Made by a program: the position numbers and the translations under genes
Assembly (NCBI GenBank): GCA_030704615.1
Contig: CM060734.1
Location: 50,344,001-50,408,000, forward strand
Source of the DNA: Takakia lepidozioides
Taxonomy: Eukaryota > Plantae > Bryophyta
Direction: 5' to 3'
DNA length: 64,000 bases
Notes under the pieces: model-generated
Told to the model about the DNA's origin: nothing
The model's input: the letters and a program-made list of their open reading frames with translations, nothing else
Database searches by the model: none
Shown: in pieces, positions 50,336 through 63,960 of the stretch
Layout of the letters: the number at the start of each line of letters is the position of its first letter
Position numbering within the stretch: position 1 is the stretch's first letter

Positions 50336-51960
50336 AACAAACTCATTCAATGAGTTTGCATCATTACTATGTCATGGTTTTAGTCATGGTTAACTAGAAT
50401 TACCTACTTCTAGTTAACTTGGATATTTTGGATATTCATATTTGTATTTTGTGTGTTGGGACTTCATTTGGTCTCACATGCCAAGTGAGGTGTCAAACCT
50501 CACTTGGGACATGGGGATGGGTTTTCCCCTTGTGAGCGTTGAGGAGGGCTCATCTTCTTGTAGTTGAGCCTCCATGAGCCTCTCCCACCTCCATAGTTCT
50601 AGGTATTGAGTGGGAGTGTGGTGAAGGCTTTGTAGGGTGGATTTATTTAGCAAAGGTGCCCTTGGCTTGACTTAGTTTATGGGATTGAGTGGATTCATGA
50701 GTGGAGTGTTTCCATTGTATTCACTTTCATTATCACTACAAGAAGATCATCTTATGCTTGTGAGTGCGGAGTGTAATGGTTAGTTTAGCACTTGTGTGTT
50801 GAAGAGCTTGGGAAGATAGCTCTTGTGTTGCAAGGTGTTGCATATATTGCAAAGGAAAATCCTTGTGGTGGCTTTGAGAGATATTGCTTTGCCCTAAGGA
50901 GGTGTTGGAGAGCTCAAGAAGGAGCTTGTTGCCACAAGACTTCCAAGGATTGCAAGAGGGAAGTTTTGTGTGTGTGGAAGCATGGATTCTAGGGTTTGGG
51001 AATCATTTCTATGCATTATGGAGTCAATGGTATGTGCCATGGCTTGTGGAGATCAACTAAATGATTGTTAGTATTCATGTCACTATCAATCTAGGGTTAA
51101 GCAAGCTCAATTGTGGATGTTGTGGAAGAGAAGCCAAGGAGCTACATAGGCTTGGGCTTGAAGACAACAAGGGCAAACACTTGGAGAGCATTAGGAAGCT
51201 CAAGAGGTTTGAAGGGAAGCATATGGGTGAAAATTCTATCCATGATGATGTGAAACCAAGCCTAGAGCATTGAAGAGCTTGGAGCACATGTGGGAGATCA
51301 TTGGAGGTGGTCTTCATGAAGAAAAAAGATTGTGGCTCAAGGCATGCATAGCAACTTCAACCATACATTAGCATGTGACAAGACAAGGAAGAAGAAGGTG
51401 AAGCTCATGTATTCATTCTCTTTTGGCTTAAGTTTTGTGGTGGATGGTTGATCGAGCAAGTGATGCTTATGTGGAGCATGCTTCCCAAGTGTGGCTTCCA
51501 ACTTCAAGCTTGAGGAGAGCTAGAAGGTGAAGGGAGTAAGTTGATTCCCTTGTGTATGAGGTGATGCATGTGTGGAGCATGCTTTTGGCTTGAGCTTTGC
51601 AATTTCAAGCTTGAGAGGAGTGGCTCTTGAGCTAGCAAGTGAAGGGAGCTTGAATGACCAAGGCTTGAGAGGAGACAAGGCTTGGTGGCTTGCCAAAGAA
51701 GGTACAAGCTTGATTTGGAGTTGTAATGAGAAATTGAGCTTGTTGTGTGGCCAATGCATTGCTAGTTGAGTTGGAGACAAACTTGAGTAGCTTAAGGTGA
51801 AGAAGATCAAGGTAATTTGCCTTGGTACCCCATAGAATTCATGGATGTTTGAGGGGATTGAGCATAGAGCCCCAAGGAGCACAAACCCTAGCTTGGTAAA
51901 GCTAAACCTCAAGGAAATAGAGGGGGAAGTGGCTAAAGCCTAGGGGGAAATGACTAAACC
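50336..51960. repeat. Ancient, heavily deaminated repeat remnant of unknown class
   Basis: No CAG/CTG and about 3 CG seen in 1.6 kb; purine-rich; no usable ORF. Confidence 0.6.
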
Positions 51961-54639
51961 CTGGGGGGAAATGAATTACTCTATGAGGGGGAAATGGCTA
52001 TTCCTAAGGGGAATACAAGGGGAATACGTATAGGCATGACCCATGTACACCATTTTGATGCAGTAGGGCTGCAAGCAAATCGAAAGTAGGGTCGATGACA
52101 GTTCCACCAAAGCTCAGCATGTTTAGTCTCACGATTGCTACCAGTAGCCAGCACTTGTTTAGTGCGAATGGTCATACCTTACACTGTCTCACACTTCTTT
52201 GGATCAAAAGAAGATATGGGAAAAGCAGTGGCTAGTTTCAGACCAGTGTTTGCAAATTGAGGTCCATGCAAGGCAGCCAATTTGCAAGACTCCATTTCAG
52301 CATCAGAAATACCACCCCAAACTTGCCACATCTCAGGACTAATAGGGGCCAATAAATAGATGTTGGGTAAGAGCCACATTTTGTGACCCTTATCAGCAAC
52401 CAACCATTCCACAGATGTAGGAGGAGTCAAAGGAGGCTCCACCCCAGAACTTGTTAAATTCTCTCAGTCCATTGCTCTTTGAGACATGCTTGTCCATCCT
52501 TAGAGAACTTGGTAATGGAACTTAACTCATTTGCTAGTACATTTAACATCGCTGAAAAAGACAAAGCTTTGGGCTGGTTTGTGGTAGAACCAGACCCTAC
52601 TGAGCTGTCATGATGCATACCCCTTGTTCCAGAGGAGTTAGCCATCCTTAGAGCATCCCCAATTTGTTGTGTCAAAAGGGCAACCCTCTCCACAGCATTG
52701 TCATCAGTCAAGAGCATAGAAGACAACTTGCCATGAGCTTCATGTAAGTTCCGCAAGCCCATAGCACGATCCCCATAGGACATGGTGAGTAAGAAAGTCC
52801 AATCTTCTAAAGCAAGTGTACCAAGAAGGGTGGGCTGAGAAACTCCTTCTTCATTGGTGTCCTCCAAAGCAGCCAAGTCCAACCTTTGGACAGTAGAATG
52901 AAACTCTTGGTTGTTGATGCCAACAAGAGTAGCTTGGACTGCAGCAATTGGAGCTGACAGCGGATCCTTGTATCCTAGAGGAGCCAAAGGTGCAAGCCAC
53001 AAAGGAGCACCAGAAGTTGTAGTGTTGTTCTACAAGCCAAAAAAGGTCCTCAAAGATGATCAGTACATTGACAGTATGCTGGAAAATATTGATAGAGTAC
53101 TACCAAAACCAATTGGAGTACAGTATGGGCAAGAGAGAGAGTCGACTAGTCATGTCAAGACTAGAAAAGACAAGTTGTAATCAGATCAGATTCTTTCTTT
53201 TACAAAAAAAACATCATCAACCTTGAAACAAGGTTCTATCAATAAAAACCAACAAGAACCAGCAATGTAGAGATCAAACATAGAACAAACCAGATCTGAA
53301 ATGACAGATCAGATCTACAAATGGTAGAAAAGCATAGATGCTCCCTACCTTTATAGCTAAAGATTGCAAAATACAGCCTTAGAATGGGTGGGAGGGTGGG
53401 CATTTGTTTGCCATTTCTCACCATATTTAGGTTTCCTTTCACTTAAGCTTTAGAGAAGAAAACATAGACAGCTTAAAGCATTAGGTCAGCCTATGTAGAA
53501 GTAGAATTAGACCAAGAAAAGGTCTAGAAAGGAAACCAGAGATCTTCTTGTTCCTTTTCATTATGCACTAGGTCTATCAAGAAGGTAACCACCAAAAACA
53601 ACCAAAGAGGGTAGTTTTGGAAGGTCCTCCACACACCTAATACCTTCAAAGAGCAGCCAGAAAAGGGGGATCCTAGTAATTACAACAAAAAGGTAAAAAA
53701 CTTAGCCTTCATGTTGTCTCTTCAGCAAACCTGTAGAAGAAACAAGCTTAAAAGGAAAGGCTGGAACCTCACCTGGTCCCATCACATGCACCCATACAAC
53801 CAATAGGTTAGTCATGACTGATGTGGAATGTCAGGCTTTATAAGCCCAACCCACGTGTTATAGATGTCCACTCTGAAGCTAGTTCATCTAGAGGCATAGA
53901 AGAGCCTATGACAGCCAAAGAAAGAAAGCAATCATACAATGAAGCTTTTTTTATACTCTCCATTTGACAAGATGAAAGGAACATGCTAAGACAAGGTAAT
54001 GAAAACCTAAGCTAGAAGATAGAGGGAACCTTGAAGTGTGCCATGATGTCTTAAAACCAGCCTCTTTGCTTGTAGGTCAGTCACCTCTGGAACTTAGAAG
54101 AAGATGGCTGAGACGGAAGCGGACACTCCCTTATGTAGAGAAGGGGAGGTGTGGCATATCCCACTTTTCTAGCCCAACAGGTGTCACTTAGGGAGGGTCA
54201 AGTGGCCAAGTGGCCAAGCTCAAGTAATTACAAGAGTGGGGCAACCACTTTGCAATTAAGAGTGGGATAAGCATCCCCTAGAGAGGAGCGCCCAACTCAA
54301 AAGAAAACCATAAAGAGCCGTCTAAGGGGTTTATGGTTCACTTTTTAGAGTGCCACCTGTTTGGAGACCACCTCATTGTTCATTCAATGGGGTAGGTAGG
54401 GCAAAAGGGGATTAGTTGGTCACCTAAATGAAAGAGTTTCATAGATGTGGTCAAACAATTTGCAAACCTCATTTTTAAAAGAGGTAAAGCAACATCATCC
54501 TTTTCTTGAAAGAAAAAAACAAGAACCACTTCAAGGGGTATACCTTGGAAGTGTCTTTGCATAGCAACACCATAAGGTACAAACAGTAGATAAGACTCTT
54601 CAAAATTAGATGAGCTCATAACTGAAACCTTAAACCAGC

Positions 54640-54674
<35 letters not shown>

Positions 54675-54837
54675 AGAGAAGAGGCTCTCAAAGTTTTATT
54701 GAGTGGGGAGAAATAAAGCCCCCAAGAAGCCATAAAGCAAACACACCAATGCAGTGAAAGACGAACCCAAAGAGGATAGCGAGACAAGACAACGAGACAA
54801 GATTGACATCTAGGCAAGCCTAGAGTTGGCCCAACGT

Positions 54838-55500
54838 TGTTTTTATTTTTATTTATTTTTTGATAAAGGGGATGAAGCCCTGATATTTTATTGCTGGGAA
54901 AAAAATAAACTCCTGAGGGGCCATAAGGCATACACACCTAATGGCGAGGGACGAACCCAAGACTTTAACATAGAGATATCCGGGTGGATGAAAAACCGGT
55001 GTTTGATACCCTAGGGCTACTCCTAGAGCCTAGGCGCGATGTAGAGCTCGCAACTCGTGAGCTCTTACACGAGGGTGGGGAGCTGTGAAGCAGGTTCGAC
55101 TTGAAATGAATCAAGAATGATCATTAGGGAGGAAGATTGAAAAACCCTAAGATTGGAAGTGCTTAGAGAAAGGGGTTGCCTGGACCGGCTGAATCGAGGG
55201 AAGAAGAGGGAGACCAGAAGTCTCTGCTAGGAGATAGGTGGCCTTCTGGTCCACTGGCAGCTTGACGCCGAAGCGCAGCTGCATAGGATGTCGTCTCTGC
55301 CCCATGAGCATTGGAATTTTGTGAGGAGCCTAGGTTCAGCCCTGCTGATGTCTGCAATAAATTTTATCCAAGCTTTCCTCCCTTCAACCTGAACTTCATG
55401 GAATATGGTGGATAGCAAGACAGAGAGACATGCCCTCCCTCTCCCCACTCATTGTCCAATTGCATCTAACCTTCCAGATATTCCATAGCGTTAGCGTTAT
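54838..55500 (-). mobile_element. Probable L1-type LINE 3' fragment
   Basis: The minus strand ends AATAAA...CCCTTTATCAAAAAATAAATAAAAA. A related segment lies at 54640-54780 next to a (GA)n run. Confidence 0.4.
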
Positions 55501-57605
55501 TGTTTTTCTAAGAAATGGAAGTTTAAAAAAAATAAAAAAATGAAAGGGGACATAGGTCCTTTTGATCAAATTAATTGAATAGAAATGTCACATAAGGTGG
55601 AAAAAATAACCACCCCAGGGGCCGTGAAGGCTTACTGTGGGGAGACTCCCCCGCAAAGTTAGAACCTGGATGGGAGTTTAATTAATTTCCGTACGTCTAA
55701 CAGAAGTTACGCGGTGAAAATTCTGGTAATTTCTTTTTCTTCTTTTGTGAAGACATTGGGGAACAAAACCAGAAAAGGTGCCATTGAAGTCTCCCCACCT
55801 CACTAGATGCCTGAGCCAATGTCTAAAAGGTTAACCAATTTCAGATCAGTTATCCATGTAATGCCACCTCTGGTCTACTTTAGAGAAACTGAAATGTTCT
55901 GTCCTCTCTATCAATCTTTCCACAAAAATCTGAGTCATGTCTGAAAGGTTTAACAACTTCAGATCAGGCATCCATGTAATCTCACCTACACCTGTGCTGG
56001 TCTACTGTAGAAAAACTGAAACAAGCTTGTACTCACATCTCACAGAGAAGAACATTTCCCTTGCTCTGTCCACTCTATCAATCTTTCCACAAATACAGAA
56101 CATACACTTGAGCAGCATCAACACCGGATTCATCATTCCACCCCTCCAATCCCAGATATAGACACGCCATTCATCATTTTCAAGGCAATAGCCATCACCT
56201 GTGCAAGGGCAATTGGCCGCACTGCTTTGCATGAGTACCCACCAGGTGTTCAGTATTTGCAGTTTGAAAACTGTGGCGGTCAGAGGCTAGAGCTATTACT
56301 TTCTGCGGGCTGTGGCTCTACTTATCAAAGTATATGATTCATATGGCAGAGAAGAAATAAGATAAGGTTCACCATGTCTTGCCCAATTGACCTAATCCTT
56401 CTGGGGAATACCCTATTTTGGGGCAGCATGAAAGGCAAATCCATGTGCCACCACGGCAGCAGAAGGCTGGAGCAGCACAATAGGTAGTACATGCAGGACT
56501 GCGGTTTCTTAAATTTGCTCCAGGAATAGCAAAACTAGAGTGAATGCAAGTAAGCTCGACACCCCCATAAAGTGCACATTGAATCCCCTCAGTGTTTGAA
56601 GGCCATGACCAGTTGTACCAGAACCAGGACCGAACCAGGACAGCTATCGACACAGACAACCTAAGGACATCAAGTTCCTCGACAAAGAAGATGCACGCAT
56701 CCAACACCCGTTGCAAACCACAGGGGACAATCATGGCCAGAATGTTGCAATTGCAGGAAGAAAGGGATGTGAAATTGCATGATATAAGTCCACAGATGAT
56801 CATACAAACCCAAAACCATTCACTTGCTCTACTTTCCACATAAGAAAACAGATCTGAAAATGCCCTGCTGGAATAGTTGATAGCAGTAAAGATAAATGCC
56901 ATAAGCCCAGCAGTGGTTTTCCCCTAGTAAAACCAACTCTAAACGTTACTGAAACCCTAAAAAGGGCAAACAAAGACAACTTAAAGAATTGGTAGTCAAC
57001 ATCAGAATCATCAAGAGAACAGGATAAGCATGGAACTTCCCATCCCTATCATACCACAGATTTGCTCCAAGGCAGCATAGAGAAACAGAACAATAGCAAG
57101 AGAAGGAGGGAGGGAGGGAGGGAGGATAGTAACCATGCACCAAAAATCCGAGGTGTTGATGAGCGTGTCAGACAGATTGAGCCACAAATGCTTAAGAAAC
57201 AGAGAAGTTTACTTTACAACTAATAGTACAAATCACAGCTTCAAAGTATGCAGAAGCTTAGTGCAACTTTCAAGTTACCCAATCATGTAGACATGACATT
57301 GAGGCGAATTTACAGGGTCCTTATTATTCCCTCCTCCGTGGACCTATTCTCAGGAAAAAGGAACAGGATAGAGCTTCCATGAAACGGTCTTGTTCGCAAA
57401 CATTGCACATCTTGGTAACATTGCGCAAGCTAGTAATCGTTGATATTCAACAATTGGAATCCGACCTTCACTTGTATCTTTGTTTCCCATGCAGCACTTC
57501 CGGTGAAGATTTAATGTACAGAAGAGAATACAGCTGAGTGGTCACCCCCGAACTTCTGATCGGGTACCGTGTTGATTCCAAAAGAGGCACGCAAAATCAC
57601 ACCGT

Positions 57606-58154
57606 CTAGAAATCAGCATCCGTCTGGAACACACGCTCATTCCAATCAAGAACTAGCGCGTCCGCGAAATTGCCCTTTGAAATAAGTGTTCCAAGTGCTG
57701 CCGTGGGAGTGCTGATTCCACCGCCGTCTCTAGATTTCAGCATTTTCCACAGCGCCTGTAACTCACCACATCTTATCTTCCATATTTCAGCTTCCTTCGC
57801 TTCTATCTCTTGGATATTCTCCTCACATAACTCCTGCAGACCAGACAGACAAAAGAATTCCGCCTCTTCTTTGACGGCCCTCAGCAAACTGCTTTCCGTA
57901 AGCCAGATCGTTCCATTGCGAAGATAATTGAGGACGTGCGAGAATCTCTGTCCGTCTCGATCAATCCAAATCACGGTGTCGCCAGAGTGGTGCCGAAGGA
58001 GTGCGGCCAGCATTGAATGCTCATCTTTACACAAAGTCTGCCGCGATGTCTCGAAGCACTGTCCACCGACGTTCAAGACTATCCTCTCTTCTCTCACATA
58101 TTTCCAGCCCTCGTGTGCTTTCCGCTTTGCAGAATGCAGCGAGCACGGATCCAT
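57606..58154 (-). CDS. BTB/POZ (KCTD/T1-type) domain protein, intronless, about 182 aa
   Basis: IVLNVGGQCFETSRQTL..SML..WIDRDGQRFSHVLNYLRNG..EEAEFFCL. The ATG at 58154 is preferred because the upstream extension is a GA microsatellite. Confidence 0.9.
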   Translation of the reverse strand: MDPCSLHSAKRKAHEGWKYVREERIVLNVGGQCFETSRQTLCKDEHSMLAALLRHHSGDTVIWIDRDGQRFSHVLNYLRNGTIWLTESSLLRAVKEEAEFFCLSGLQELCEENIQEIEAKEAEIWKIRCGELQALWKMLKSRDGGGISTPTAALGTLISKGNFADALVLDWNERVFQTDADF

Positions 58155-58172
58155 CGCTCGCTCCCTCGCATC

Positions 58173-58206
<34 letters not shown>

Positions 58207-60596
58207 GCTTTCTCTCTGCCTTCGAGAAGCCCCAACGATCGCTTGAACCTACCCACATACCTACCCACCTACCTACCCACCTACTAGCCTACCTACCAGC
58301 CTACCTGACAGCCTTGAGGCTCTACAAAACAACACAAATATGAGCCTGCTATTCTACATGCTCAGCTCTTGGGCTCGTGGGCCGTTCTCTCGTGGTCGAT
58401 TCCTTGGGTCGCCAGGCCTGCACGTCTCCCCACTTTACGACGGATTTTCCAAAGAGGAAGGTTACAAATTCGGGTCACGAATTCGATTCAGGATATTCAA
58501 AACCTACCACATAAAGAGGCTGTATGTCGTTTGGAATTGCTGGGTGGGTGATTCTATTTTGTGGATTCCATTCTTTCTCGTGACCAGGATTACAGGGATG
58601 CTTTTAAGTCAGACCATGGGAAACAGATCACTCATACATACCTTAGTGACTCATGCGAGCTACCTGCTGCAGACAAAGCAGTGATTTATCAGATCCCTGG
58701 AGGTTGGGAGGAAGTTCAGTGGGGAAATTTGGTGGCCAGCTGACTCTGATTTCTTTTGAGTACAATCAGTAGTTGCTCAGGCAAGTAGGGCTAGAAACCT
58801 GGACACCATCAAGATTACAATGTTCTTTTGTAGGTGAGAAGTATTTTGTTGCAAGGACTACTGGAGGGTGTCATATTAGAGAACTTTGTAAATGTTAATT
58901 AGTTGGTTATTCTAGGTGTAAAGATATGTTAATTGTAGAGAATGGGAATCGGAGTATCAGAAGTATTGCATTGCCGGGGCATTGCCAAGGTTGTGTGCAC
59001 ACAGACCAGTGATGGTAGCTTCTGGAATTGAAGCTGTGTGTGTTTTAATTCACAAGTTTCGCCCTTCTTTGGATTGTTGCTCTTTTGCCTCAGATGAGGT
59101 GTAGGGTTTGCTTTAGACTCTGTTTCACTTTCTGTGGCAGTCGCAAACATGCTCAGATGTTGTTACGCTACTGCCTCTTAGGCTGCTCTTTGAACACCTG
59201 GGAAGGTAATTCATTGGTGTGTCCCTAAATTTCCCGAAGAAGTTTTCGGATTCCAACTGAAGACAGCTTAAACTTGTCATGCTTTTACAAGCTGCCCACA
59301 ACTCAGGCTACTTCTTCCTGCTGCAGAAATCTATCAGGGATTGAATCCACTTTTGACACAAATTCAGATGTGAGATGTGTGTGCCATTTTGCATTTCAGA
59401 TATATGCTCTAGCTGGAAGGGAAGTTGCCGCTTCACAAAGTACCGGCAGGTCAATTGACAGACAAAGATGACAGTATCAACAACAAAATTAAGCTTCCTG
59501 CTATTTGAAATTATACACTGCCATGGGAAATGCAAAAATAAATCATAGATACAAATTGGTCATCCTAATTACTCAGAATGCTTCCTGTAGAGGCTGCATC
59601 ATGCTCAGCAGCCTATTACAATCCCTCGACAATGCTCTGCCATACATTTGAAACTAGAGGATGTGGGGTTGAAGAGCTTGATTCTGTGCAAAGGTGCTGC
59701 ACCATTTACTTCAGTGTGCTCATTGTGGTGCTGATTTAGTTCCAGCAAATGTCCTCTCAATTTTTTCAATGTAAATGTTAAGCAAGTTCTTTGATGAAGT
59801 TGTGAAAAACCGAGTTTCCACCCTTCTCTACTCCTTCCATTAAGATTCTAAGCAGTAATTGATTGCACTGAGCTTGTCACTGCAGTTCCTCTGCTGTCTA
59901 AAGACATGTCCGTTGCTCAAGCAACCAGTATTACAGGAATTGCAATTTCAAATGCATGATTTCTTTGGAATATCTCCCTGGAGGTTTCTTAAACCAACAA
60001 CGTCTTATGAGTACAATCTTAAACCAAAACCCATCTCAACAAGCCGCCTTAGTTTCAAGAATTCAAGCCTTCAACCTCCTTTGGATTCATTTCCAACCTC
60101 CTGATAAACAGAAATTCTGTGGAGGTCCTGGATGCTGTAATGTAATTATCTGATCAGGATGCCCATAGTAGAGGAAGGTTAATAACTCCCCCCTTAGAAG
60201 TTGAACACTTTTTGTGTACAATACTTGGATGCCCCTCATCCCCGCTTGCTTTTGCCAACAATCATCGCCCCTGTTGTTATACATATATATATATACAGGA
60301 AAGGAGTGATGACCAGCCATTCAAATGCAGAATATCATATTGAAAAGCAGTCGCTGCTGCAAGCAGACAGACTGCAGCCGGTAAGTGCAAAAAACTGTAT
60401 AAGAATCCAGAATGTCTCCATTGTACCACACTTCAGCAAGCACAACCCAGATATCGACACTCAGACTAAGGCCTGGACAACAGAACCGTGTAGAGACGTT
60501 AATGGTTACATCTTTTAATGAGAGGTTGCATCTATACAGAGAGTAAAACCCAGGGCCACCTGGTTAAGCTAAGGCAAGGCACTAAGGGTGCCTGCT

Positions 60597-61675
60597 CTAT
60601 GAAAGTGCAGATGTGAAGTACACAGCCACCCCTCCCACTGCCAAAATCCCTGCAAAAGTGACAGCCCAGAGGGCTAGCCCCACAGAGCCTGGCTGGTACA
60701 CATCCCCCTTCGCTGACCACTGCACCACCCCCACATAACCCAAGAGGTCGGAATCACAGCCAAACATCTCAACCAGCACATTCATTGCCCACTGAAGTTG
60801 TAAAGAGTCCTGCGATGTGATAACTGTGCATCATGGACTGGTCTTACATATATTTAAACACGTGCATCCGCACATGCTGTATACAACTGTAAGAAATAAA
60901 CATCGGAGGCTTCTCCACCAGATCAACGACGTAGCACAAAGAGTTGCGAGCGTTACCTCGTTGGGCAGAAAGATGGGGCTGTACTCATCCACATTCTCTG
61001 GCCCAAGCCTGTAGACCTTCCCTGGCTTCCCGTCACGTCTGCGTATCACGTATAGGCATGGCAGACATTACTCGAGATGCATGTCACTCAGCTATCAGCC
61101 TCTGGAGAACGCGCAACCATATTTTCACAGGATCGAAAGCTCTAGAGCCCACAACAGAGGAGGCGTTACCTGGGAGCACTGCCCGATTGATTGCTTCCTC
61201 TGTAACCAACGAGAGCCTGCGCTCCCTTAGCCGGAGAGGCCTTCGCATTTTTCTGTAGCAACGAAAAGAATATCGTGTTCAAAACAATCAAGTTACTGTT
61301 TCCACACCCACTCCACAAAGCTCCGACTGCAGATCCCAGAGTGGTTGATCTGCCCACTTATGGGTTGCTGAAATAATTACTCCCACAAACTTTGAAAACC
61401 TCATCTACCCTTACCCAGATCAATTCATCACAACAACTCACAATCACAATCACACACGCGATTCAACGGAAAAGCAACGTAACTGAAGGGAAATCAAATG
61501 TAGTGGGGTGAGGAGGGAGTCGGTTACTCACAGGCTTGGCGTTGGCGCGGGGCTGCACAAGCAACGAGGGAAGGTCCCGCGCAGACGAAGAGGAAGAAGC
61601 TCTAGCGCTGAGGCGCTCGCCCAAGACCTCGGAACGCAAACCTGCCACAGAGATCGCAGCGCTCAGGCTCGCCAT
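60597..61675 (-). CDS. PSBR: Photosystem II 10-kDa protein PsbR, exons 61675-61532, 61252-61170, 61038-60957, 60719-60597 (143 aa)
   Basis: Transit peptide, NVDEYSPIF...WS..GDVY..G..GL.LWAVT.AG, and a C-terminal TM helix ending TSAL. Splice phases are consistent, and a TATA-like element lies near 61750. Confidence 0.9.
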
Positions 61676-62479
61676 CGCTGCAGCTCCTCACTCCGCAGCG
61701 CAGCCGGAGAGACGACGCAAGATCTCGCAGTCTGCCCACGTCCCCCTTATATACCTACTGCGCGGTCCTCGACGTGGCCAGCTGGGCTCCCGTCATTTGC
61801 CATCCGCGGACGCTGGCCTCTGTGGACCACTCAACGCGCGGCTGCCGCCCGCGGTTACTCCCTTTTCATGCGTTTATCCTAACTGGCTCTCTTTTCTTCT
61901 TTTTCCACGTAGGCTCAAAAAAAAGAAAAAAAGAAAAGAAAAGGAATCAACTTGTACTTGCACTCAACTTACTTTTCAGTCTACATACTGTATTAGTTAC
62001 TATTGTTATTAATTGTAATTTTCTTCCACAGCCTTGTTTATTGATGGGAGAGGATGAGACGTTGGATGTATATGGTTACACTCGTGTACATTATATGGGA
62101 TATTGGTTTTCGAATGGATGGATGAAAAGAGATTCCGTCTCATTTCCCCAGAAAAAGTCACCCCTTTTCATATAAGAAGAATGAAAAAGACCTTTTTCTC
62201 GAAGTGCCGTGGTGAAAAGGTTCCCGTTTAGTTGGGAACTTTGCACGCAAGGGAACGCGTCGAGATTGGTTCTCAACCTCCAATTCTCTGTGTGTGGGAC
62301 CCTCTCACCCTCGCCTACCTCACAGTGCAGACTTTATCGCTGTTCTTCCATGATTTCTCGACTTTGTGGCGTAGGGAAGGCTCTGAATCTGCACTACAAT
62401 CTTCCTTGTTGGCAGCTCTTCAATGGCACCGGGAGTCAGGAAGTTAGGGCTGTTTGAGAAAGTCGTGTATGACATTAGG

Positions 62480-63960
62480 GGCCTTCTCGGGAATGTTTGG
62501 GCATTGAGAAACCTTCTGGGCAGAGCTTCTAAGTATCACCTTTCATGGTGAGAAGAGCTATCAGGGTGATAGTATCGGGTGAGGCTGCTTATCCTTAACG
62601 GGGTAGTTATTCATAGCCCTCCAAGAGCCGAATGGGGAGATCCAGCCCGCTACAAGAATAAGCTAGAATGAGAGAGAGGAGAGAGAGCGCACCAAGAGAG
62701 TCATGGACGACAATGGCTGCAATCAGATGCCATGTGGCGCGAGCAATGCAAGACGGTGACATTCCTGAACCGTCAGAGAGTGATTGAATCAAAAACCGTG
62801 CAGTTCCACATAGGGCAGCGAGAGAATCCCCGTTAACTCAGCACAATATGCGAGTTCTTCAAAGAACGTCTGCAGCATACATTCAAATCTCCAACACGCA
62901 ATGTCCAGCCTGAGTGTGTCCGCAACGCAAGACTCAAGGTTCTCGTCAAGGTCTTTAAATATAATTTTCCTATTGAGCACATTTCGCAGAATGCAAATCA
63001 ATGCTGCCAGTTCCATCACTCGGCTGCCATTACAATTAGCATAAATCCATTGCTCCCAAGGCATGGACTGCAGCTTGTACCCCGTAATTCATGTGTAAAA
63101 GCTCCAGATCAAGATTCCTGTCATGCAACAAACCAAAAAAAGACTTCTGATTAAGAAAGCAATTAGCAACGGCAGTATAATCCTCTGAAGAGATTGTTCA
63201 CAATCAGTCTCCCAAATCCCCCTACAAAAAAATGATGTAACAGTCCGGGTTAGAAAATTCGGTGTGGAAAAGACAACAGAAAAAGAAATAATCTCAAGAT
63301 GAGCGTAACAAGAACATTCATACGGACGATGGCTAACCTTTGTATGGAAGCGGAGGCAGACACTCCTGCAGGCTGCATTTTCACAAGCTCTAGGGCATCC
63401 CTAAGGTTGATGTCAGGAACAACGTCAAAAATAACCTACAAGTCATACATAGCACTCCCTTTAGTATCTCAGCTATGTGCATGAATTAGGTGTGAAGATA
63501 GTGAAGAATAGATCCCTCTGGTTTCTCACTTAAGATGAAGTAGACTGACATCCCCTACTTATATGGGGACCCTGAGTCTTAACATCCACATCTTAACACC
63601 CTAAACCAGCAGTTTTGCATATAGTTTATTCTGTGTTCAGAAATAAAGCTTGTGATGCTTGTGATGCACTGTTGACAGAGAGCCAAAGCTAGGTAAAGGC
63701 AATCTGAACGCATCCTTTCCTTTTCTAGGCAACAGAACAAACAGGTTTGAGCCAAAGCCCAAAGGAGAGCCCTATTGGCACTCACCCGAACAGGTGAATG
63801 CATGGTCAAACGTTCAAGGACAAGATTGGCCACAAATGGATCCGCAGGTGCCCCAGTACAGGAACTGAGTCTTGATCTTGTTAAGGAGAATTGAGACAGT
63901 GCGCGATTGTTGCAAGGAGAGCAAGGTGAAGACATCACTTGTCCTAGTGTGTCATTCAAT
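62480..63960 (-). other. Possible exon fragments of an unidentified gene or pseudogene
   Basis: Protein-like stretches (DPFVANLVLERL, VVPDINLRDALELVK, DTLRLDIACWRFE) are broken by stops. No family recognised. Confidence 0.25.

Noticed and set aside
55800-57100. Protein-like minus-strand fragments and a local duplication of about 118 bp
   Set aside because: Could not be assembled into a consistent frame or assigned to a family.
58155-58268. N-terminal extension of the BTB ORF (RERERE)
   Set aside because: It is translated (GA)n and (AGGT)n microsatellite, probably 5' UTR.
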